Below the pieces are notes generated by a model. That model did no database searches. It worked only from the letters and a program-made list of their open reading frames with translations, and had not been told where the DNA came from. The translations under genes and the position numbers were made by a program. Positions 1 to 12,200 of a stretch of 63,427 nt of DNA are shown one piece after another. Every line of letters starts with the position of its first letter. The stretch's first letter is position 1. This DNA comes from Hydrurus foetidus. Taxonomy: Eukaryota. The stretch lies in assembly GCA_900617105.1 (NCBI GenBank), contig UYFQ01000438.1, positions 1 through 63,427 of the forward strand, written 5' to 3'.

Positions 1-2
1 AA

Positions 3-1001
3 TGGACAGAGCTGTTCCACTGCAAGGACAGCACGGCAGAGTCGGCATGCCGCTGCCTCTTGGAACACTTCGGTCGTTTCGGTTCTCCCAACCTGATACG
101 ATCCGATCGAGGACCACACTTCGCCAACGACCTCATTGAGAAATTTCTCTTGGCGGTTGGAACACCACACAACCTCACGCTAGCCTATTCGAAGGAGGAG
201 AACTCCATCGTGGAGCGAGTCAACAAGGAGGTTAACCGCCACTTGCGCTCGTTTGTGTTCGAAACACTCGAGATGGACCAATACAAGCTCTGCCTCCCCT
301 TCGTCCAACGGATCATGAACAGCTCAGTTCATGGCTCCACAGGAGTGTCACCGGGTAACCTGCTATTCGGCAACCGCTTGGATCTGAACAGAGGCATCCT
401 CACGCCCTTTCAACCGGCCCTTCCATCGAAGACTCCGGGCTCACGCATCATGGCTGACATGATTAACGCTCAGGATACGACGCACCGGACAGTCCAAGAA
501 CTCGCGCAGGAACACGCGGCGCAGCGCTTAACGGACCAGCCGGATCCAACCGTTTTCCCCGTCGGCTCGTACGTACTGGCGCAGTACGCGACAGGTCCCC
601 CTACGCGACTACACACACGCTGGCAAGGTCCGATGGAGGTGATTTCCCATCGCGATTCGGAGTATGTACTCCTGAACATCGTCTCTAAGAAGACTAAAAG
701 AATCCACGCTTCGAAGCTCAAGATATTCCTATTCGATCCTGCGAGGATCGAACCCATGGACTCAGCCCGGCGCGACTATATGGAATTCTACATCGAGGCG
801 ATCACAGCCCACAAAGGCAACACCAGGAAGGTCTCCACGCTGACCTTCCTCGTCAAGTGGCTAAATTACAGCGAGGAACACAACTCATGGGAGCCATGGA
901 GTGCTCTGAGACTCACGGACCAGCTACACACCTACCTCAAGAGGGCCGGACTGAAGGCGCTGGTTCCGCACAACCTGCGTGGCGAAGATATACCGGTGTG
1001 A
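3..1001 (+). CDS. pol: Gypsy Pol C-terminus: integrase core, GPY/F region and chromodomain
   Basis: Frame is open from base 3 (WTELFHC...). Motifs IRSDRGPHF and ENSIVERVN (DDE), RWQGPM, and FLVKWLNYSEEHNSWEP (chromodomain). Confidence 0.93.
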   Translation, partial: WTELFHCKDSTAESACRCLLEHFGRFGSPNLIRSDRGPHFANDLIEKFLLAVGTPHNLTLAYSKEENSIVERVNKEVNRHLRSFVFETLEMDQYKLCLPFVQRIMNSSVHGSTGVSPGNLLFGNRLDLNRGILTPFQPALPSKTPGSRIMADMINAQDTTHRTVQELAQEHAAQRLTDQPDPTVFPVGSYVLAQYATGPPTRLHTRWQGPMEVISHRDSEYVLLNIVSKKTKRIHASKLKIFLFDPARIEPMDSARRDYMEFYIEAITAHKGNTRKVSTLTFLVKWLNYSEEHNSWEPWSALRLTDQLHTYLKRAGLKALVPHNLRGEDIPV

Positions 1002-1298
1002 GATTTTTCTCAAAATTTAGCCATTTTTTTCACCCTACGTGGGTTTTACGGTTTTAGTCAGTGAAACCTGACATACTCACACCGGGTCAAGATCGCTGCA
1101 GTCGGACGCACGGACACTCCCGGTCAGGACCTGGTCCCAAACTCTCTTTTAGTCTAGTTATTTGCATCATTTTTCACAACTTGATGTATTTTTCTGCTTT
1201 AATGTTAGTTCACAATTTTTTTTATCATTAGTTACACGTAAGTAGTTAAAAGAGAGAAGCGAGACAAAGGTCTTTTCGGGAAGGAGTAAGTGGGGTAA

Positions 1299-1467
1299 TG
1301 TGACATTTAGGGGAGTGGCTGAGAGTCCTTCCGACCTCTCACAGACTGTTAGTTTACCTTGCAACGCTTTGCATGCAGAGTTTTACACCTCTGCAAGCTC
1401 ACCCACCCTCCTTTCTCGTTGTAAGCCTAACTACCTTTCTGACACCTCCAGCTTCATTTGGACTACA
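1299..1467 (+). repeat. Putative 3' LTR (about 169 bp)
   Basis: TG...CA boundaries directly after the purine-rich tract GGGAAGGAGTAAGTGGGGTAA. The 5' LTR is outside the window. Confidence 0.7.
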
Positions 1468-1940
1468 TCAGCATTCTATACTGACTTGCGACGAACATTC
1501 CAGATTGATTTAAAAAAATTGATTAGTTTTGAAAACAACGTGAATGCAGTGTGACGTTATTTGTGGCTGCTGTACATAATGATGGCTTTTTCCTACCAAG
1601 GTGGTATTTTCCTTTTAATACCCCCTCTTTGTTCCTACTGTACGGTATTTCGAAGCAGACAATAAAATAAAAATTCGTGATTTTTTCCGGATAAAAATAT
1701 TCGTTTTAAAAAGCCGGACATTTTACAACTATGACGGCAGAGCCGTTATGTTTTGAATTCGAATTGGAGATCAACTCGCGCGAGAAGCACTACGCGCCGT
1801 ATCTTACCATGAAGACGGTTTGAAATTGAATATCTTCAACTTCAGTTGCGGCGTTACAGAGGTGCGACATGTTTGGTTTTTGGTGGCTTGAAGGAATTTT
1901 GAAATCGATTGTGTAATTGGCTCCATTATCGTAACTAAAG

Positions 1941-4066
1941 ATGCAGCACAGTGCGCGGAGGAAAGTTCAACGGACGATTGCGATAACAAAAGTGCTGATT
2001 CTTATAATCTGGTTAAGCATTATATTTCTCTCCGATTTTGTAAAGCCCGCAGAGAGTAAAAGAGGAAGGAAACATTTCATCAACAACCGGAGTGCATTGT
2101 CAAATGTAGTTTCGAAGCGGAAGGAAAACAGAGACGATTATGAGAATTCCAGAAGTCTTAGCAAAAGCAGCTTGAAAAGAGATATTTCAAATGCAAACAT
2201 AAAACCGAGGCGAATCATACTTCCCGCTAAGAAGGAATCTCTTACATCGAAAGCGCTTAGGAGCATTGAAGGACTCAAGAACACTCTGCAATCTAGCGCA
2301 GATGCCGCGTTGTGTTCTTCCAGTAAAGTTCAACGCCAATTGAAGTCTTATTTCTCGAGCGATTTTGAGGTTCTAATTCTCCGGATGACGGCTCCTGATG
2401 ACTCCAGACTATCCGATGATGATCTACAGCGTTTCGTGGCAACGATCGAAACATTCGTTCGAAATATGGATGTAACATCCCAAAGTAATCCGTATCGAGT
2501 AACTCTTAGGAAGATCTGGGCAAAAGCTGCTGAAAGTGACGGCAGAACCGTTCTGAAATCGCAATTCTTGCTCCACACCCTATTGAGAGGGACCACTCCA
2601 GAAGATTCCTTGATATTCAAAACGCTGCTGAAAAAAATGCACCGAGAAAAATGCAAGAAAACAAAGTCAAAATATTTTGATATTGTAAAAATCGCATCTG
2701 TTTCAGATGAAACGGAACACTTGAAGGACTACATCGAGAGGTATTCTGTGTATATTTTCCAAAGAGCAAAAACTTTTACATCTTGTTTCGAGGAAATGAA
2801 ACTCATTGGGGATGGTATGAGGACTGAGGACATATGCGCACAGGTACTTATTGTCACGTACTGACTAACGACATTACCATTAGAGATGCTTTATTAAGAA
2901 AACGTCTTTTGATGATTACTCAGTTGTTTTGAGCAGCATTGTGTCCGTGAAGTGAAAACGAACATACACATGATTTACATATGAAATGAACAAGAATTGA
3001 ATGCTTGATATTTTGTGGGACATTTTTCATCTTCCTCTTGGAGTTTTCTTCATACTGTTTCTAATCATTTTCTGCAAGTAGGTTTATTTCCACTATTTTA
3101 TTAATTTTTTTACAGCTTATGAAGGCTGTTAAAGTTTTGAACACTGCATTGAATTGCGGTGCAACCACGATAGATGAAGAATGTTCCATAGTTCTTGCAT
3201 GTTCTGAACTTGTCGCGAATGACGTACGAGATTTATTCACTTTATTTCACACGAAACTTTTATGGGTACTGAATGAAGAAAAAGTTGGGGATATTTTTAT
3301 TGGATGGGAGATAGCGGAAGTTAGAGCGATTTTATCGCATTTAAAAACCTTTTACAGCGACAGGTAAATACAGAATATCGCACTTACATTTGCAGTTATT
3401 CGCTGATTTTTGTTTCAGTGCGTACGCTTTGCTGGACACCCTCCGTAACTTTGATTACCATTTCTTTACTCCTGTTATTTCAGATTTGAAGATATTCAAG
3501 ATTTGCTAATAGAAACAGCAGAAATTCTGAAGGTATTATCTAAAATAATTAAATCAGGCCTTATTCAGCTGTATTTTCAATTGTCGATATTTAAGCATCT
3601 GTTGGAGATGCCATGACGTCAGTGTCTTAATTGTCAACTTTTGTTTCACGATATAAATATCTCAAATTACTTCGTAACATATCTCACATGTCATAATTTG
3701 ATGCGCTACAATGAGGAACACACTTCTACTGCTTTGGTGTTAAGCTCATCATGAATCTATGTATCTATCTCAGCGGAACATCCGCAACATTCTTCAGACA
3801 ATTTACCGTAGCACTGTTCTCAACAACACAGTAAATATCATAACACCCAAATTTCCCAATCAATTCAACAGAGACAATGCGGTAATTTACTACCGACTTC
3901 CCTACCAACTCCGGCTATTTTTGAAGACCCCTCACCGGGGGTATATAAATCACGGAATTTCGGTTCTCAGTACCCCTCAATATCTCATTTAGAAAGTAGT
4001 AGTGGTGGCGATTCTGCCTCTTCTTCATTTTCATCATTCGGCACAACAGAAGACAGTTCAAGATGA
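1941..4066 (+). CDS. Multi-exon ANTH/ENTH-like domain protein with N-terminal signal peptide or anchor
   Basis: Exons about 1941-2843, 3116-3363, 3484-3532 and 3872-4066 join in frame via GT-AG; the last exon is tentative. RTVLKSQFLLHTLLRG resembles the ANTH 'VVLKxLxxxHxLLxxG' helix. Confidence 0.55.
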
Positions 4067-4498
4067 CTTTTTAATTGTTGATAAAAATTGTTTTTATTTA
4101 CAGCCGCATCTAAGATATTGTAACTTTGTTCGAGTTGTTCATTACATAAATAGATAGATAGGTAATTAAATAAGTCTCTTCTTTTCAAGGTACAGTATAG
4201 CACATTCGGTGTAAATGTAACTTGAGACACCGACTAAATTAAATAGAAGAAAACAGCCCAGAATGGTCACATCAAAGTGCGTACGCGAACAGAACAGTCC
4301 GGAAAATAACAGTGACGTCACAGTGCGTAGGACAAAGTAATCTAACAAATGTCTGCAATGACTATTTGTCCATTGCTGCTATATGATAGCTCGTGCACCA
4401 TAACTTTCAAAGCTTTCTAATCACAGGTCCGATATCATGTAATGCATCCACAGCGATCAGTTTATTCCGATTAAGATAATCAAATGATTCAATCAAAA

Positions 4499-5610
4499 TT
4501 AGAATTTTCCCTTACGGGAAATAGCTCTTGAAATCACAGATTCAGCAACGGAAACATTAGAAGCGACTGAAAACCCCGATTCTGATCTATCATCTCTTCT
4601 GCTTGTTCCCATTCGAGACATAGCTCCTGATCCTGTCAAGGGAGGAGCACGACCGAGACTTTCTAGTCTAGCAGCATTCAGAGTATTTGTTCCGGGTCTA
4701 CTCGTGTATTCTCCAGACTGACTCTTGCCATCCTCTGCTATTCTTGTCAATCCTGTCAATCAGTTAGTTTTTATGGCGCAATTAATAAATACGCAAAAAT
4801 AGGAACCTTCTGGGTGACAGAATAATGATAAGAAAGTGCACAAAACAGAGCATTGCTTTACCAGTGCGTCTAGTTATGACGACTTCTTTCTTAGGAATAC
4901 ATGCAGCTGGAAGTTCTCCTTCCACGAATGACGGGTAGAGCAGTCCGAACTCATGGAGGCCTCCGGACAACAGGAATATATTGTCTGCCCCTCTGTCGAC
5001 TAGCAGTTTCGCAGCATCGCAACTCATTTTCTCGTCGTCGCAGTAAATTATGATTAGAGTTTCAGGTTTGTTCTTGAAGTTAAATAGCTCAGGATGAACT
5101 TGATCTCGTCGCATCATTGTGAATGGATACGTGCGAGCGTGCAACAAGTGGCATTTGCGGTATTCTGACGGTTCACGAACATCAAATATAAGGTACGGTT
5201 TCAGGTTTAAAGCTTCCGCATCCTCTGAGTATGTCACAATTTTAGGTGAACTTGACTCTCCATACTCGTGACATTCACTCATGCTCTCATGGTCAGTTGC
5301 TTCGTACTCCCCATACAGCTGATACAATTGACCTTTACTCAGTCGATAAAAAATTTCGTTTCTCCTTCTCGCGAATTCTTGTGCTGTAATAAATTTGACT
5401 TTGGCCACAGTTGGCCCAGTGTCGAGCCGCCCAGGTATGTGAGCAAATTTATCAGTCTTTGGGACTCGTCTCTCCATCATCTAGGTTTAGTTCGTCATGT
5501 AATAGAAAAATTGCGGTAAGATCGGTAGCACTCAATCTTTCAGTCAATTTACCTATGAAATACGAGAGAAACCATACCCCTAGCGGTTTTGGTGGAACTT
5601 TCTTGTACAT
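4499..5610 (-). CDS. CEP41: Centrosomal protein of 41 kDa (rhodanese-like domain)
   Basis: Three exons starting MYKKVPPKPLG|MMERR. Motifs HIPGRLDTG, PYLIFDVRE, CHLLHARTYP, IIIYCDDE and RGADNIFLLSGGL match CEP41. Confidence 0.88.
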
Positions 5611-6087
5611 GACTATGAGATCCAATGATATAACAGAGGCGGCAACGAGGAAAATTATAATTTCCTGATCCACTCAACAACCGGAGATTGCTGATGACAC
5701 AGCCTGAGAGTGACGTCTGACAAATCTCTCCTCAATTGTTTCCCTGTGCTAACAAATGATGCGTTGTTTCTAAAATGATGACAACATCGAATTAATGAAG
5801 TTGAAAGCAATTAAATATTTTAAATTCGAATTTGAATGAAACGGTTTCTCCCTTTCTACGCTTTCTGTAGTATTTTCGTGATTCTATGAAAAACCGGGAA
5901 AACGCTCTCAGGATTCAAATCGAGATTTGAAATCAAATCATGAGGAGAGTGATGGAGTACTTCCTTCTCACGTTGTGGTCAGTGGTGTTCCGTAAACAAT
6001 AGCAACGACATCGTGGTGAACATTCAGCAGAATCTGTGTTAAATAGTGGCTGAGGAAATTTCCCTGTAATTCAAGAAATCAGTGACA

Positions 6088-7164
6088 ATGAATGATCGTT
6101 CTGGACATCAAACAGGGAAGAGACAGAAGCTTGATAGCAACAGCCATACAAGCAGTAGCAGCAAATATCAAGGCAATAAGAAGGTAATTCCAAGCAGCAG
6201 TAACAACCGAATAGGACAGTGGATTGCAGGTCAGCCTCGTCAGAGTCCAACTGTTGTCGAAAGAGAGTTGTCCTCGACGGCATATGCTGCCTGCCCCATC
6301 TGTAACTTGGAATTAAGCGTCAGTATGATGAACGTTCACATTGACAGCTGCTTGAAGAACGGTAATAATGAGAAAAAGAAATCGCACGTTTCTGATGTCA
6401 ATAGTGAAACGTCGTATCCTTTTGTGTCAGAATTACGTGTTCAGCCACCGTTTCATCCAGTTGAGCATGAAGGATTGCCAGGACTCTGGCTTATTCACGA
6501 ATTCATCAGTGAAGAAGAAGAGTTGTCAATCGTCTCGAATCTTGAGGCTGACGAAACTTCCTGGCATCTTTCATCATTCAATGGACACTGTCTCAGTAAA
6601 AGTTTTGGTGTCAAAACTCAGTTTGGTCCTGCACATGTCGAAGAGAGGATCGTCCGTGCGAATGATGCTTCTAGGGGAGAACGAGATATACCGCTTTATC
6701 TTATTCCCTACATTGAGCGCATTAAGGAGTTTATTAAGAATTGGTCGAAGAAGTTTAAGATGCCGATGGTACTGAGCACATTTCGACCTAACGAGTGCAA
6801 CGCAAACAGCTATCTGAAATCAGAAAATCACAGCTTGACTGCGCATTATGATGATCGATTCCTATCAGGTCCCATACTGATGAACCTATCTTTGGTTGGT
6901 CGCTCAATCATGACCTATACGAAGGGGAACAGTGAAGCTTTGCATGATACAATTAAAGTGAATTTACCCAGAAGGTGTCTTCAATTGGTAACCGGTGATG
7001 CCCGGTATAAGTACATGCATCGTATTAACGCAGAAGATGTCTTGGACATTAAAAGAATGTCAATTACGTGGAGGCAGGCAGGCAACTCTAACGGTGGTCT
7101 CATTAGGGGTCAGAAAAGCACGGCGTTTTCTATGGAATCATTTCTTGTAAGTAAAAAGGAATAG
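6088..7164 (+). CDS. AlkB-family 2OG-Fe(II) dioxygenase with N-terminal UBZ4-type zinc finger
   Basis: CPICNLELSVSMMNVHIDSC (Rad18-like UBZ), GLWLIHEFISEEEE, HYD...H...RMSITWR. Single exon. Confidence 0.85.
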   Translation: MNDRSGHQTGKRQKLDSNSHTSSSSKYQGNKKVIPSSSNNRIGQWIAGQPRQSPTVVERELSSTAYAACPICNLELSVSMMNVHIDSCLKNGNNEKKKSHVSDVNSETSYPFVSELRVQPPFHPVEHEGLPGLWLIHEFISEEEELSIVSNLEADETSWHLSSFNGHCLSKSFGVKTQFGPAHVEERIVRANDASRGERDIPLYLIPYIERIKEFIKNWSKKFKMPMVLSTFRPNECNANSYLKSENHSLTAHYDDRFLSGPILMNLSLVGRSIMTYTKGNSEALHDTIKVNLPRRCLQLVTGDARYKYMHRINAEDVLDIKRMSITWRQAGNSNGGLIRGQKSTAFSMESFLVSKKE

Positions 7165-7539
7165 TTGACTGAGCTTCTTAATTTGGTCGACACTGTACCT
7201 GCAGTCTCTCTCAAGGTGCACAGACTGAGTATTCTTCCAGGATGACTTCATCATAATTCAGTGGATTCTAGATCTTGTTTTGTTGAACTCACAAGTCAAA
7301 GAAGGTACACCTGGATTGTGTCGCCCATAAGTAGCGTCCTCAGGCAATCACACGGAATACTTATCTAATTCTTCGGTTCAGAGTGCAGATGCGAATTCGC
7401 ATACGACTATTGCGTCAATAGAGCGTAGGTCTGGATGCCGTCAGTCCGAGGAAACAGTGCAGATTTTGGTTTTAATGTAGGCTGTTTATAATTAACGAGA
7501 TTATAGGCTCGGGCTGGACTGGGTACTTTCTACAGTAAT

Positions 7540-8763
7540 TTAGAGGCGGCCGCCTGCTCCGGCGAGCTTCTTGACGGTTGTCTCGGCGGCAATCTTGTCG
7601 ACAGCGGCGCCTGTGTCCTCACCGGCAGTGTCGCCGTGCATTTCCATGAGCTTGGTAAGATCGAACTTAGGCTTCTTGAGGACCTTGACCTTTCTGATGA
7701 ACACGTTCTGTAGGGGGAAGATGGACTGACAGCGTCTCTCAATCTCGAGTGGGATGGACTCGGGCATTGAGATGCTACATTGATAGGGTACGGTAATAGA
7801 GGAAAGTCAGGAGGGTGTTACGGCAGTGCTTGATAGGGTAGCATTCAGACGTGAAATAGTCAGGGGTGATTGTGATGTGAGAACAAACTGGCTCCTAGAG
7901 TTCAGCTGTTTTTTCTTCCTAAGGTTCCTTGTCGTTCTTTAGTTGTCTGCAATCTATGGACTGATAACGTCATTGATGGACGTATTCTGTGGCAGAAAGA
8001 AGTGCATTTCCTCATATAATAGTTACTCTTCGCTTCGTCTCTCACTGGACCGGATAACGTGAACTTACAATTTCTGGACCAACTCCTTCAAGTCGCACTT
8101 AGAGGCCTCCTCTGTAAGGATCTCGAACATCTTCTTGCGAATGTTGCGGATCTGGCCTGCCTGAGCGTAACACGTTGACTTTACAGCTTGGTTGGTTTGC
8201 TTCTTGGTGAAACCAATCGCGAAGATGCGGAGGTAGTATCCATCAGTGGTGCGAACATCAACAAAAGCCTCGATGAGTGACTGCCACTTGCGGATCAAAG
8301 AGCAAAGCTTGTCGCGTGTGATATCCATGCCATGGAAGTTAGTAACAACCTCAGTTCCCTGAACATCCTCACACACAAGTCTGATTTTGCGGTAGCCCTG
8401 CGCCTCATCTCCACCGTTAAGATCGGCAAGAGACACCTCAAAAACACGTCCCTTTAGACCCTCAGAGGCAATTTTGTTTCCAGCAGTTCTGCTGATGATG
8501 GTTTTGCCTGCATTTCTGGTCGTGAAGATAGAAGGTGCTTTGATTGTGTACAAATCCTTGCGGGCGAAAGGATCCTGGGCCTTCTTCTTGCCTCCCTTCT
8601 TGCCCTTCGTTAATCTCTTATTTTTACCTGGTGGTTATATCATGATGAGATAAGATAAGATTCTGCTATTCTCCAAAGTTATCTGTCAGCATCTGGCTTC
8701 TTTTTCCAAATCACATTCTTCGCACACATAGGGGTGTTGTCTGCGCCACTCACCGACAGCCAT
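7540..8763 (-). CDS. RPS3A: 40S ribosomal protein S3a (eS1)
   Basis: [24 protein letters not shown]...[13 protein letters not shown]...[20 protein letters not shown]. Three exons with GT-AG introns. Confidence 0.97.
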
Positions 8764-9236
8764 GGTTAATATATGCTCATATGGAGGCCGTCTCATGCAT
8801 ATCAGGCCATAGAGATCAGGTTTGGCCGCTCAAGTTGTTGGACCAGTCGCACAGCCAAACAAAAAATAAAATCTTAGAACGTCGGTACCACGGAAACCGT
8901 ATAATATCTTTTCATTCTCGTATTTTTCAAAACTGTAAATTATGATTTGAATTAAATATACTGTTTTGATCGATCTTTCAAATAATTTACCGTATTGCTC
9001 GATAAAGTTGTTCCCCTCTCCCCTCTATGTAACGAGAAATCATTCAAAAAATGCCTCCTTCACTATCCAACGTCCACTCCGTCCAATGTAAGGAAACCTG
9101 GTGGCCAACTGGGATGACTCAAAGAAATTTATGCCGTAATTTCGATTCTTATGAAGCTGATTTTGATGATAGAGAGAAACTCGTCTTAATTGTATTTAGC
9201 TCCCTAACTTGTCTTGCCTGTCAGGCTGAATAGAAT

Positions 9237-12200
9237 ATGGATAAGTATCACATTTATGAAGAGATTGGAAAGGGCGAGTTTAGCCAGGTCTTTAAAGGGC
9301 GTGAAAAGAAGAAGATTGAATATGTTGCAATTAAACGTGTAGAGAAAAGCATGATGAGCAAGGTATCAGCGAAACATGTTCAAAATAACCTATGACGTTT
9401 ATGCTGCCACGACTAACTCAATCGGTCTCCGCGAAATTGTTGCAAAGGTTGTGAACGAAGTCCAGGTGATGCATAAACTGGAGAGCCCTCATATCCTGAA
9501 ATTCCATGACTGGTATGAGACTAGGAACAATCTCTGGTTGATTCTGGAGTACTGTACCGGGGCAGACCTTGAGAGCTTATTGAAACAAGACGGACATCTT
9601 CCAGAAGCTTCAGTGCGGATGTTCGGTTTTGATATGGTTGCAGCACTTAAGGTATGAAACTTCGCTTCTCTGATTTTTGAAGTGCACTCTGGTGTTCTGT
9701 ACGATCATTACTGAGGACTTATTACGAACAATTTTCGATGCCTCACCACCTTCCTTGACAATTTCAAATATCATCGTTGCAGTACATGCATAACTTAGGG
9801 ATACTGCATTGCGACCTACGACCAAAGAATTTTTTAGTTGACGAATACGGAATACTTAAAATATCGGATTTTAAATCAGCAAGAAAATTGCCAAAAGTTC
9901 CTACGTGTGAGGCATTAAAATCTTCAAAAGACGTGTCAGAATTAAAGGGTACTACTGCATACATGTCACCGGAATTGTTCACCATTGAGGGGGTGCATTC
10001 TTATTGTTCTGATTTTTGGGCGATGGGTTGCGTGTTGTACGAATTGAGAAGGGGGGTACCACCGTTCGGCTGGGAATATTCTTCATCTTCTGGATCTGTT
10101 ACTGCAAAGGAATTAATCGAGAGGATTAATAATGCGGAGCCTGTGGGTACACCAATCGTGTTTGCGAATAACACTGAGACGTACAGTAACAACAACAACA
10201 ACACTAACTACAACAGTAATCAGAACAATAAAGACAATGAAAAAAAAAGTGATCGTACGTATTCAACAAAAAACTCCAACAACAGCATTAATACGACACC
10301 GTCCGTTACGCCTGAGTTCGCAGACCTTCTGTGCTGGCTTCTGGAGAAGGCTCCGATTGATCGATGTTCTTGGTACGTAAGTACATCTTGCTAATCGTCA
10401 TTTTTTTGTGTCTACTTTTTTGAAAGTGTGGTAGAGGGAGGTGCAGTGTATTGCACTGAAATGTAGTGAAGCTTGATGCGATGTTGAACAGTTTAGTATA
10501 GCAGTGTGATATAGTATTATGTCCTAGTGCATTGTACAAAAGAGTATTATATGGCATAGTGTACTAACGCATCGTTCTCTGCGTCAGTGCATTGTTGGTG
10601 TAACGTACAGCAAATTGTCTGTAGCACAGCAGAGGAGTGCAGTTTGCAACGTATAACTTTACACAGTGCACTGCATGTAGTGCTGTACTGTACGATAAGA
10701 TAATACGTAGTAGATTGAGTTACAGTGCAGTGCAGTGCAGAGTGTTGTGTAATGTAGCGCAGTATCATGTGGTTTAGAATGACAGCAGTATTAATTCCTG
10801 TGGCCACTGCCAAAATTATCTAACGACCTAGATAAGCTGATAGAATCCCCGCACCTTAAGTGGTGTGTTGGAAATGATCGAAGTAGTCGTTGAGGTTGAC
10901 AAGTGTGTCAGTGATAAGTCTGATGTTCAAATGGAGCTGAGCTGTGGATTTATGTCATTATTTGACAATCTATTAGTGCTCTATGAGTGGCTGATAAGTC
11001 ATGGATGTATGAGGATTATGGTAGCAATGCATTCCTATCGGTGCATAGAGGTATTCCATGTTGCGATGTAGAATCAATACAATGATTAGTTTGAAGTGTT
11101 CAAGTCTCCTCGTTTATTCCAGGTCCACGTTTAATCTGGACCCACCCCTATACACAACAAATAACTGTGCCGTACTGAAAACTGAAAACAGTACGGTACA
11201 GGTACTTGTCGTGTATAGGGGTGGGTCCAGATTAAACGTGGACCTAGAATAAAAGAGGAGCCTTGTGTTCTGTCAAGTGACGCCATACGAAAGTGTAGCG
11301 AGCCGTTGAGAGTGTAATACGTAGTACAGCTTAGTGTAAGTCTTAATGACAGTGTGGACTGAAGTGCGGCATTCTGTAGCGCAGTGCAGCATGATATGGC
11401 ATGATAATCGACTAAAACGTTCTACACTGTTCTATACTACAATTGTGTAATATTGTGGTGTATAGTGGATTGTAGTGTAGCATAGTGCTATTATGTGACG
11501 TATAGTGTCGTGTGATGCAAAATGTTTTATCGTTACGAGGTGTAGTTGTGTAGCGTTGTGACTGAAAGTATAGGGCAGAACGGTATAGTTGGGTTGCCTC
11601 GGTTGGTAAAGCGCTGTTCTGTATAGTGTAATGCAGTACAGTGCAGCATGATATACTGCCACACTCTGAAGCGTAGGATGATATAGCAACTAAATGGGGC
11701 GGTACTGAATCAGAGCTGTCCGATCGTATCAAGAATATACCACATATAGCTATTGTATCAACTTGCCACGAGATATCACATGATAGATAATTGTCTGGCA
11801 GTCAGACGGTTCGTCACCCTCTACACCGATCCACCATTATACTCCTTGTATTCACACACTCTTGTCATGTGCATGTGCGATGTCATGGCAAATCTCCAAT
11901 AAAGTGATCATGCAAGTCCGTAGCATATCACTCTCTTATTCTATCTATTTGACGCTTAATTCATTGACTTTTTCCTTCTCCCTTTAGGGTTGAGCTTGCG
12001 ACTCATCCTTTTTGGGGCGAGAATGCTGACAGGAATGATGCACCTAATAATCTTCCTGCCCAACCGGCATATGAGGCCTATGTAAAGTAAGACATAATTA
12101 CACTTCATTGGGCGGAGAGTGTTTGATTTTCCATTTTTTTAATTTGCTTAGAATGCTGCATTGCTAGTTGTATATTTTGACGACATTTAGTCTTTGAATT

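Larger units (their letters stand above)
1..1467 (+). mobile_element. Ty3/Gypsy chromovirus LTR retrotransposon, 3' part (truncated by window start)
   Basis: Integrase plus chromodomain ORF, then a purine-rich tract at about 1278-1298 and a putative 3' LTR at 1299-1467 (TGTGAC...GACTACA). It ends in the same TGGACTACA as the second element. Confidence 0.9.

Noticed and set aside
7775..8068. Intronic snoRNA in RPS3A
   Set aside because: No C box (RTGATGA) on the sense strand and no convincing H/ACA layout by eye.
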